Below the pieces are notes generated by a model. It made no database searches. It had not been told where the DNA came from and saw nothing but the letters and a program-made list of their open reading frames with translations. This document shows, in pieces, positions 56,225-64,000 of a stretch of 64,000 nucleotides of DNA. Source of the stretch: a virus. The stretch's first letter is position 1, and the number at the start of each line of letters is the position of its first letter. Where the stretch lies: the IMG/VR virus record IMGVR_UViG_3300023174_000087, positions 1-64,000 of that record; one strand, 5' to 3'. Made by a program: the position numbers and the translations under genes.

Positions 56225-59200
56225 TGTTTGATAACAAAGAACTTCAAGATCACTTGGAACAATCATCAACAGTAAAAACCCAATCTGCTGTAATTGCAGA
56301 GTGGAACATGAATATTCCCACAAACATTTTAAAAATCGGAAACTATAGATATAGACCAACAGTTACAGATTCAAAATACTCACTATTACCTAACACATTT
56401 GATCCAAATGATGCTGGAAATTATTACACAGATGCTACTGATGCAGATATCACCATTGACGGCGGTATTGAAGATTCAGGGCTTCCCATATCTTTAACCA
56501 CCAAAAAAGATAAATTAAAAATGTTATATTCATTAGAGGATTGTTTTAAACAATTTAGACCTAGATCTGGAATTAATAAGGCTAAGTATTTTAGTGGATT
56601 ATTCTTGCACCATGCCAATATGCAAATGGCTGATAGACCAAGATATTATATGTCAGATAGGCAAGACATTTTTAAATATTGGACATCCTTTAGAACTGAG
56701 TCTGGCAGCGAATATGGTATTGCAAATAAAACATCTAACGGACAAAGAATAATTGAAGACTCTGTTCCATTTGTTGTTTACAAAGAAACAATTCCAGCAA
56801 ACAGAATTGTTGTGAAGATGCAAACTCATATTGGAAGCGTTGATCTTGGAAATATTGTTTATAATTCAAAATCAATACCAGACCCACTATACGGAGATGC
56901 AAATAAATCAACCCCACTTAAATGGAAGATACAGGTGCTCAAAGGTTCTAACTGGGTAGATGGTTTATCTTTTGCTGTAGGAGAACTTAGAGCAAACGGA
57001 AAACCTATAATTGGTTCAGATGGATATGTAGAACTATCGTATGGTCTAAAGATTCCACAAAAATATAAAAGCAATTTTATTTTTGCAGAAAGGCTTTCTT
57101 CAGAAACACTTTTGCCAGAAACAAATATAGATGGATATGCCTATTTAATTGTTTCAAATAGCAATACTCGTGGTACATTTCATATTTGGAATAAAACAAT
57201 GTATGAAACTTTTTCTCCAGAATATACTTGGCAATTAGCAGAAGATGTTGTTGATAGTTTTACAAACTTTGTCACAGACCTTACATCCCCAGACTATTAT
57301 AATTCAACCACTGATAATTCATTAAAGTACCGTGAGTTTGAATATATTCGTGGTGTTCGAGTTGTTGTTGATTCAATGACAAAAGCAGATGCAACATTTG
57401 ATTTGATTGAAATATCTCCAAGACTTTCAGTCAATTTAACAGATAAAGTTTTACAGTATTCTGTAAATAAAAGTGCATCAGATCTTGGAGTAAGCGGTTT
57501 ACCAGTTGGACAATTACTTGCTTCAACTGGAAGCATAAAACTTTTTGACTACGATGATTCATTTAATCAAAATAACTCTAATAGTATAATTAAAAACTAT
57601 GTCTCAAGGCACATACAGTTTAAGTTATACGAAGTGATTGTAGATATAAATGGATACGATTATTATGTTCCATTAAAAACTTTGTATTCTGAAGACTTTC
57701 CAAAAATATCAAATGCTGATAGAACTGTAGAACTTAGTTTAAGGGATATGTTTTTTTATCTTGAGTCTATTACTGCTCCACAAATTTTAATGACAAATGT
57801 ATCTATAAGTTCTGCAGTCTCCCTTCTTCTTGACTATGTAGGTTTTTCAAATTATTCTTTTAAAAGGGTAAACGGAGAATCTGAAGTTACAATTCCTTAT
57901 TTTTTTATTCCACCCGATATGACAGTTGCACAAGTATTACAAGACCTTGCTGTATCAACACAAACAGCAATGTTCTTTGATGAATATAATAATTTTATAA
58001 TGATGAGTAAAAATTATACTATGCCTTTAGAGTCAGAGAGATCAACAAGCATAACACTTTATGGAACTAAAGACTTTGAAGATCAAGGGGTTCGTGAAAA
58101 TTACCCATTAAATAATAAACTAACAAATATTATAGAATTAAGCAATCAAGACTCAAAAGTATATAATGATGGATCAATCAATTATACTTCAAGATATATT
58201 CAAAGATCTGTTGGTTCCATAAAACAGGCGGGATTAATTGATAATGAAAAAACATGGATATATAAGCCAGTATTGCTATGGGAAGTTACGGGAACAGATA
58301 ATACAAAATCCGTAAATGGTCAAGTTGGAAATCAGTCAACATATGTTCTTGGTGCTATTGCATTAAATTCTGATCTATCAAATTTGGTGCCATATGTTTC
58401 AAACAATAAAATTTTAAATAATACTATCGACTTTGGTGAGTCAGTGTATTGGATGACAAGATATAATGGGTATTTTTATGCAAATGGAGAAGTTATTAAA
58501 TTTGATGCAGTTGAGTATAATGTTGCTGGTGTTGGAAATGTTTGGATTTCGGATGTACAGGAGTATCAGACTTATTTTTCAAAAATACCATTTAACGGAA
58601 AAATTTATCCAACAGGTCTTGTAAGAATATACTCAGAGCCAAATTATCAAGAAGTAAATGGTGTTTTAAAATTTAAAAATGGTGACGTTGCAAAACATGG
58701 ACGAGGACAGTTTGGAACATCTATTGTAAATCATTATGCTGGACTATCTACACATTGGACAGACAGTGAAAATCTTCGTGGTTGCACCATGACTGGAGAT
58801 GTTCTATTTAGTTCTATTGCAACAGAACTACCACAACCAGAAACAGGGCTATCAGTTGCAGCAGCAGGTCTTTCTACTTTTATAAATAGTGGCACACCAC
58901 CTGAAACTGAACAGCCAACAAGTAATTCTATTTCTCAAAAAGCAACAAGAAATGGAATCATTAAAAACTTTTTGTCTTCAACATATATTGATCAATCAGT
59001 AACGAATAGACTGCAAAGCACACAATCTGGATCAATTCAATCATCAGCATTTGTTATGAACGGTCCAGCACTTACAACCTCTCCAAGACCAAAAGACTTT
59101 ATTTCTTATGTATACAAACCATTAGAAGATAAATTTAAGCATTTTGGAACAAGGGTTAGAATTATTGGAAAGATAGAAAACAATATGGATCGTGGTCAAA

Positions 59201-60555
59201 GTGCTATAGGCAGTTCAAACTACTATATTATTCCAGGCACGACTCCAGAAAAAAGCATTAGCATTTCTGGTGGATCTGGTGGAATGGCAGTTATGATTAA
59301 CCCAGATACAAATATCGGTTATTATTTTGAAATTGCAGCACTTGGTATTTCAGACATAAAAAAAACAGATACAAGCAATGTAAATAATGTTTTCTTTTAT
59401 AAACTTTTAAAAGATGCCAATGGCAATGCTGTACCAGTAAAACTGTGGGAAGGGCTGTCAAAGATTATTGTTGATGATGGAAATTTTGTTGGTCAATATA
59501 GGGTTGCTGCTGAAGAAAATCCAACGGTATACGATCTTTCAGTTGAATACCAAGATATAGGAAAGACAAGAAGGTTTTATTTATATATAAATAATACTTT
59601 AATTAAGACTGTTGATGATACAAACCCACTACCTATATACAAAAATATGGCTCTTTTTGTAAGAGGGGCTTCTAGACTTATGTTTGAAAATGTTTATGCA
59701 CTTACAAATAATTACTCTCAAAACACTACTTTTGCTTTAGACACACCAGTAAATTCAATATTTGATGGAAAAGAAATTAATGCCAACGACTCATTTAGAA
59801 AATATGCTATGAGTGGAATTGTGCAAGGAACTCACCTTTCGGGAATATCTTCTTCGGAGGGGCCAAAGTACAATATATACTTTGAAGAATTTGGAACAAT
59901 TATGAGAGAGGCAGCAGCATTTAACATTCGATACGATAAGGCATATCCTGCACTTTATGCAAAAATATCTCCAACTTTTAATAGGCTCAAAGGCTATACT
60001 GTTTCTGGTTTTAGATCTGGTTCTTATGGCGCAGAATTTTTAATATTTAATGCTACAGACACTGCTCTTAGTTTAGATGAAACATCTGGAAACTATTTAA
60101 GAATTCAGGGTATTACTTTTACTCAACAATCTCAAAATATTTTAAAGGTAGATGATTATTTTTCTAAATATTCAGATTTATCAGATCCAGATGTAAGTGG
60201 AACCACCGTTATTACATCTCCATTTAAAATAGCAAAAGATTATGAAGATATAAAATTAAGTAGAATGACTTATGGAAATAAAGCATTTAGTTTAAATGTT
60301 CCATATGTTCAAACGACAGATGATGCCAACAACCTAATGAAGTGGATGATTTCAAAAATAATGAAACCAAGAAGATCCATTGGTGTAAAGATTTTTGCTA
60401 ACCCAATGATTCAATTAGGAGATATAGTTTCAGTAGACTATACTGAAAATGAAATAAAAAAGGGTGGACCTTCTAGATATGTTGTATACAATATTGAGTA
60501 CTCAAAAGATAAAAATGGACCAAGCATGCAATTATTTTTAAGTGAGGTAGTTTAA
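56224..60555 (+). CDS. large tail tip / baseplate hub protein
   Basis: ~1440 aa after Dit-like gene; C-terminal NPMIQLGDIV.V.Y motif. Confidence 0.7.
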   Translation: MFDNKELQDHLEQSSTVKTQSAVIAEWNMNIPTNILKIGNYRYRPTVTDSKYSLLPNTFDPNDAGNYYTDATDADITIDGGIEDSGLPISLTTKKDKLKMLYSLEDCFKQFRPRSGINKAKYFSGLFLHHANMQMADRPRYYMSDRQDIFKYWTSFRTESGSEYGIANKTSNGQRIIEDSVPFVVYKETIPANRIVVKMQTHIGSVDLGNIVYNSKSIPDPLYGDANKSTPLKWKIQVLKGSNWVDGLSFAVGELRANGKPIIGSDGYVELSYGLKIPQKYKSNFIFAERLSSETLLPETNIDGYAYLIVSNSNTRGTFHIWNKTMYETFSPEYTWQLAEDVVDSFTNFVTDLTSPDYYNSTTDNSLKYREFEYIRGVRVVVDSMTKADATFDLIEISPRLSVNLTDKVLQYSVNKSASDLGVSGLPVGQLLASTGSIKLFDYDDSFNQNNSNSIIKNYVSRHIQFKLYEVIVDINGYDYYVPLKTLYSEDFPKISNADRTVELSLRDMFFYLESITAPQILMTNVSISSAVSLLLDYVGFSNYSFKRVNGESEVTIPYFFIPPDMTVAQVLQDLAVSTQTAMFFDEYNNFIMMSKNYTMPLESERSTSITLYGTKDFEDQGVRENYPLNNKLTNIIELSNQDSKVYNDGSINYTSRYIQRSVGSIKQAGLIDNEKTWIYKPVLLWEVTGTDNTKSVNGQVGNQSTYVLGAIALNSDLSNLVPYVSNNKILNNTIDFGESVYWMTRYNGYFYANGEVIKFDAVEYNVAGVGNVWISDVQEYQTYFSKIPFNGKIYPTGLVRIYSEPNYQEVNGVLKFKNGDVAKHGRGQFGTSIVNHYAGLSTHWTDSENLRGCTMTGDVLFSSIATELPQPETGLSVAAAGLSTFINSGTPPETEQPTSNSISQKATRNGIIKNFLSSTYIDQSVTNRLQSTQSGSIQSSAFVMNGPALTTSPRPKDFISYVYKPLEDKFKHFGTRVRIIGKIENNMDRGQSAIGSSNYYIIPGTTPEKSISISGGSGGMAVMINPDTNIGYYFEIAALGISDIKKTDTSNVNNVFFYKLLKDANGNAVPVKLWEGLSKIIVDDGNFVGQYRVAAEENPTVYDLSVEYQDIGKTRRFYLYINNTLIKTVDDTNPLPIYKNMALFVRGASRLMFENVYALTNNYSQNTTFALDTPVNSIFDGKEINANDSFRKYAMSGIVQGTHLSGISSSEGPKYNIYFEEFGTIMREAAAFNIRYDKAYPALYAKISPTFNRLKGYTVSGFRSGSYGAEFLIFNATDTALSLDETSGNYLRIQGITFTQQSQNILKVDDYFSKYSDLSDPDVSGTTVITSPFKIAKDYEDIKLSRMTYGNKAFSLNVPYVQTTDDANNLMKWMISKIMKPRRSIGVKIFANPMIQLGDIVSVDYTENEIKKGGPSRYVVYNIEYSKDKNGPSMQLFLSEVV

Positions 60556-61046
60556 TGGCAACAGATGCAGTAGCAAATCAAGCAGCAAGTACTCCAAGCA
60601 CATCTTCTAATGGAGTAAAAATTGCAACACCAGATTTATTTATCTTTAAAGATGAAGTTGTACCTATTGAAATAATGACAGATCTTATTTTTGAAAATAT
60701 TGGTGGTCAAGAATTAATTACAATTTCAAGAAATGATATAATTTCTGGTCAGTCAATATATTATCAGCCAATTAAAAATATTAGTCATCTTTATATTCAA
60801 TATAATCCACAAAATATATTAAACTTGCAAGACACATCTGCAACCTTCTTTAAAAATTATCCTATTAAATTTGAAAAATCAATCCCAATATCGGGAACTG
60901 GCCCAAACGGTGAGATTGTTTATTTAGATCCAGTAACTGGTGATCTTGTGATAAACGTAATTAATCTTGAAAGTGATGAACAGGTAGATGTTCAAATTTT
61001 GATTGATGGCAAACTACTTAATGGTACAATATATGGGGCGGTATAA
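60555..61046 (+). CDS. minor tail protein
   Basis: synteny, translational coupling. Confidence 0.55.
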   Translation: MATDAVANQAASTPSTSSNGVKIATPDLFIFKDEVVPIEIMTDLIFENIGGQELITISRNDIISGQSIYYQPIKNISHLYIQYNPQNILNLQDTSATFFKNYPIKFEKSIPISGTGPNGEIVYLDPVTGDLVINVINLESDEQVDVQILIDGKLLNGTIYGAV

Positions 61047-61049
61047 AAA

Positions 61050-62207
61050 ATGATAACTAAAACAGGCAAAGGAATAATCACTAAATATCTTATTGGACAG
61101 GCACCAGCCTATGCTTCTTATGTTGCTGTAGGGTGTGGTCCTAATGCTATTAGCGGAAGTTTGGGTGATTACTCAGATCAGACATCCCTTGATTTTGAGA
61201 TGTTTCGTGTTCCAATTACATCAAGGGGTTTTGTAACTGAGGATGGCATAAATAAAGTTGTTTTGACAGCAGAACTACCTACAGAAGAAAGGTATGAAAT
61301 AACAGAAATTGGAATTTATTCTGCAGGATCAAATCCATCTGCTGGATCTTATGATAGCAGAAATCTTTTTTCTTTTACAGAAAATGAAAATTGGGAACAT
61401 CATACAAGCACGGCAGCAGGTGCAATTGATTCTATTACTACACCGTTAAATGAAGACAGTGGAAATAATACAATTACAACAACAAAAAAAGTTTTTCAAA
61501 CAAATGCAGATAATGTTGTCTTTACAAATACACAAAGACTAAACAGAAATGAAAGATGTAGGTTTTTAAATAATATTATTGTCATGTCTGGAGACTCATC
61601 TAAAATTGATTTGCTACCAAGCGGTAAACTTGATTTAGTATCTACATGGGGTACTGGACAAAATATTAAGAACTCTTCACATATACATCTTAATGGAACG
61701 CCTCCAGATTTTAATAAGCAATCTCCAAAAGATGAAATTCGTTTTGCATTTTCTGTAATTAATAAAAATGGAACAGATGGAACCAAGCCCAAAAAGATTA
61801 GATTAATGGTAGAGTTTGCAGAAGATGATGCTTACAGCGTAGGACAATATGCAAGATTTGAAGTAGATATTTCTCATATTGATAATGATCCAGTTTATGA
61901 TTTTTCAGATAATAGATATTTTGTTGTATCTAAAAAATTAGAAGAACTAACAAAGACTTCTGCTTTTTCTTGGGGATCTATGAAACTTGTAAAAATACAT
62001 GCATGCATTTTAGATCAAAACGATGAGCCATCTGAAAACTTTTTAGTTTGTCTTGATGCAATTAGATTAGAAAATACATATAGTCAAAATCCATTATATG
62101 GTCTTACAGGTTATTCTGTTGTAAAGAATACAAATGCAAGACCAATTATTAAGTCTGCAAACACATCAAATTTTATTGAGTTTAGATTTAATGTTGGTGT
62201 TGCGTAG
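61050..62207 (+). CDS. minor tail/baseplate protein
   Basis: MITKTG...YVAVGCG...LDFEMFRVPI...ITEIGIY. Confidence 0.6.
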   Translation: MITKTGKGIITKYLIGQAPAYASYVAVGCGPNAISGSLGDYSDQTSLDFEMFRVPITSRGFVTEDGINKVVLTAELPTEERYEITEIGIYSAGSNPSAGSYDSRNLFSFTENENWEHHTSTAAGAIDSITTPLNEDSGNNTITTTKKVFQTNADNVVFTNTQRLNRNERCRFLNNIIVMSGDSSKIDLLPSGKLDLVSTWGTGQNIKNSSHIHLNGTPPDFNKQSPKDEIRFAFSVINKNGTDGTKPKKIRLMVEFAEDDAYSVGQYARFEVDISHIDNDPVYDFSDNRYFVVSKKLEELTKTSAFSWGSMKLVKIHACILDQNDEPSENFLVCLDAIRLENTYSQNPLYGLTGYSVVKNTNARPIIKSANTSNFIEFRFNVGVA

Positions 62208-62647
62208 TGGCAGACTCAAAAATAAAAAAGGTAGTTATACCAAAATCTAAACTACCATCAGTTAGTGGAAATGAAAAGGGCTATACTGTAAGATATAGAA
62301 TTGTTTCAGAAGATAAAAATAGAACATCTCACTGGTCAGCACAATATAAACTTGGTGTACAAAATCAAACTCCAATAGATTATGCAATATCTGTTGATAC
62401 TACTGGAAAAATAATCAATGTTGTTTGGACACCACCAACTGGATCAACAAGTATTTTTGATGTATATGTTAAATGGGATAATCAAGATTGGAAATCTGTT
62501 GGTCAGGTTTTATCTCCAAACTACTCTGCCCTAGTGCCAGTTGGGTCAACATCTGTAAAAGTTGCTGTTCAGATTCCAACATTTCCAAAAAGTAGATTTG
62601 TGTTTGCCACACTGTTTGAAACAACAGCAACCTCTGTAGTGGTATAA
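62207..62647 (+). CDS. minor tail protein (FN3-like)
   Basis: VRYRIVSED.NR.SHWS. Confidence 0.55.
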   Translation: MADSKIKKVVIPKSKLPSVSGNEKGYTVRYRIVSEDKNRTSHWSAQYKLGVQNQTPIDYAISVDTTGKIINVVWTPPTGSTSIFDVYVKWDNQDWKSVGQVLSPNYSALVPVGSTSVKVAVQIPTFPKSRFVFATLFETTATSVVV

Positions 62648-62653
62648 TAGATT

Positions 62654-63097
62654 ATGGCAAAAATTCCTGTACCTGACCGTGGTCAACCACTAGATGTTTC
62701 TTATATTTCTACATTAGCAGAAGCAGTTAATAGCCTTTCAGAGCAGATCACCCCAGCACTGTACAAGTATGTAACAGTAGACACTCCAAATGTCGGCAAG
62801 CAAAGTGTGAAGGCTTCTGAAGCACGTATTTTGGGTGGGTATGTAGAAGTTGTTAACAGTGCAGCAAAAACAAAAGGAGATACTGTAGCATTCTCATATG
62901 ATTTTGCAACAGATTTTAAGTATGCCCCGATTGCAACAGCAACACCTGTAAATATTGGAAATACATCTGCAGGTAAAAATGTTTCAGTAGTTTTAAAAAC
63001 AGTAACGACATCAAAGGTTGAGGGTGTTGTTATTTTTAATGAAACTGGTGACCTAACAGTTGGAGTCAATCTAATAGTTGTTGGAATTCCTAATTAA
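62654..63097 (+). CDS. minor tail protein (gp53-C/H-lectin-like pattern)
   Basis: F...FKYAPIATAT...VNLIVVG. Confidence 0.5.
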   Translation: MAKIPVPDRGQPLDVSYISTLAEAVNSLSEQITPALYKYVTVDTPNVGKQSVKASEARILGGYVEVVNSAAKTKGDTVAFSYDFATDFKYAPIATATPVNIGNTSAGKNVSVVLKTVTTSKVEGVVIFNETGDLTVGVNLIVVGIPN

Positions 63098-63288
63098 TGC
63101 TAAGATGCGACAAATGCAAAGGAAGAATGTTTCTTGATAGACAATACAGTAGCCCAGGTCATCTAGAATCTTACTGCATGATGTGTGGCAATAGAAGATT
63201 CTTTAATCCACCACAGAATTCATCGGAGGGAAGATGGCTCTTAAAAAAGGAAGTATCCAGAGCGAAGGCTACAATCTCGCCCCTGTAA
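63097..63288 (+). CDS. small zinc-ribbon protein
   Basis: CDKCKG...CMMCG. Confidence 0.7.
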   Translation: MLRCDKCKGRMFLDRQYSSPGHLESYCMMCGNRRFFNPPQNSSEGRWLLKKEVSRAKATISPL

Positions 63289-63776
63289 TCCCAGGTAATA
63301 AAAAAGTTTGGTTTCTTAATGGAGACCTTGTTAGAGTTCATCACCTAAATAGATCTAATGGGATAATGTCTGTTTATAACATTACAAAAGATCAAATTGA
63401 AAGTTGCTTAATTGGTGATTTTAAGAAAAAAAGAGAAAGAGCATATACTGTTGGTGAAACTGCTACTCTTGTGAATAGACATAAAAAATATATGCCATCA
63501 TTAATGAAACGAGGAATCATTCCTTTTCCCACTGGGTCTCAAAAGGGAGGGGCAAGGGGATTTCAAGTAAGATCATACTATTCAGAATCACAAGTAAGGG
63601 CTATACGTGATATACTTGCTACGTACCATATTGGAAGACCAAGAAAAGATAATTTAATAACAAATGACATGACGCCAAGTGTGCAAGAGTTGACAAGGCG
63701 TATGGGAGACGGTATACTTACATATGTAAGAACTGAAGATGGACGATTCATTCCAGTGTGGTCTGAGTCTATTTAA
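63234..63776 (+). CDS. putative DNA-binding protein (MerR-like winged HTH)
   Basis: YTVGETATLVNRH......KRGIIP...RSYYSESQV. Confidence 0.55.
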   Translation: MALKKGSIQSEGYNLAPVIPGNKKVWFLNGDLVRVHHLNRSNGIMSVYNITKDQIESCLIGDFKKKRERAYTVGETATLVNRHKKYMPSLMKRGIIPFPTGSQKGGARGFQVRSYYSESQVRAIRDILATYHIGRPRKDNLITNDMTPSVQELTRRMGDGILTYVRTEDGRFIPVWSESI

Positions 63777-63789
63777 CGAAGGGTATAAA

Positions 63790-63999
63790 ATGGAAAATGA
63801 TTTAACTAAGGTATCCGTAACACTAGGATATACACTCAATTTAGGAAATTTTCAGTCTTTGAGACTTGATCTTGGAGTTATTGATTCCAAGCGTGATGGT
63901 GAAAATACAGAGCAGGCTTTTGAGCGTGTATATAAGTTTGTTGAAGACAAACTAACTGATAAGATTAAAGAAGCGCAGTTAGAAGCATCTGATTCATAA
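63790..63999 (+). CDS. conserved hypothetical phage protein
   Basis: KVSVTLGYTLNLGNFQSLRLD; GAAGGG RBS before ATG 63790. Confidence 0.65.
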   Translation: MENDLTKVSVTLGYTLNLGNFQSLRLDLGVIDSKRDGENTEQAFERVYKFVEDKLTDKIKEAQLEASDS

Positions 64000-64000
64000 T

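Noticed and set aside
1-64000. Integrase, terminase or transposase
   Set aside because: No recognisable motifs in this window; lifestyle and packaging mode cannot be determined here

Overview
The window is part of a large, AT-rich tailed dsDNA phage genome (siphovirus-type layout, very long tape measure protein). An actinobacterial host is inferred from many leaderless TGnTATAAT promoters, GACAC and CRP-like boxes, a GP88-like gene and a class II RNR; it is not proven. 1-13.3 kb is an accessory/early region: small leftward ORFs, two tRNAs (Asp-GTC and a divergent Arg-CCG), a DUF932-like gene, a GP88-like gene, a candidate origin, and a switch to rightward transcription near 12.1 kb. 13.3-31.3 kb holds minor virion and tail-fibre genes, a lysozyme-like gene and two parallel 'fibre + low-complexity repeat protein + putative modifier' cassettes. 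31.4-33.4 kb is nrdJ. 33.5-63.1 kb covers portal, protease/scaffold, major capsid, neck, major tail, two paralogous tail chaperones, tape measure and tail-tip genes. The strongest unexplained signals are: (1) a five-copy, covarying H-type pseudoknot-like RNA motif; (2) a composite intergenic module of CRP-like, DnaA, GACACGCCG and GGGACGTCCC boxes recurring about every 1-1.6 kb; (3) a TGTCRG-N10-TAnnnT promoter class; (4) the twin repeat-protein cassettes, one with (FGA)13 and a Ser-type Hint domain; (5) tail chaperones G and GT apparently made by gene duplication rather than frameshift. All product calls come from reading motifs by eye; no database searches were run.
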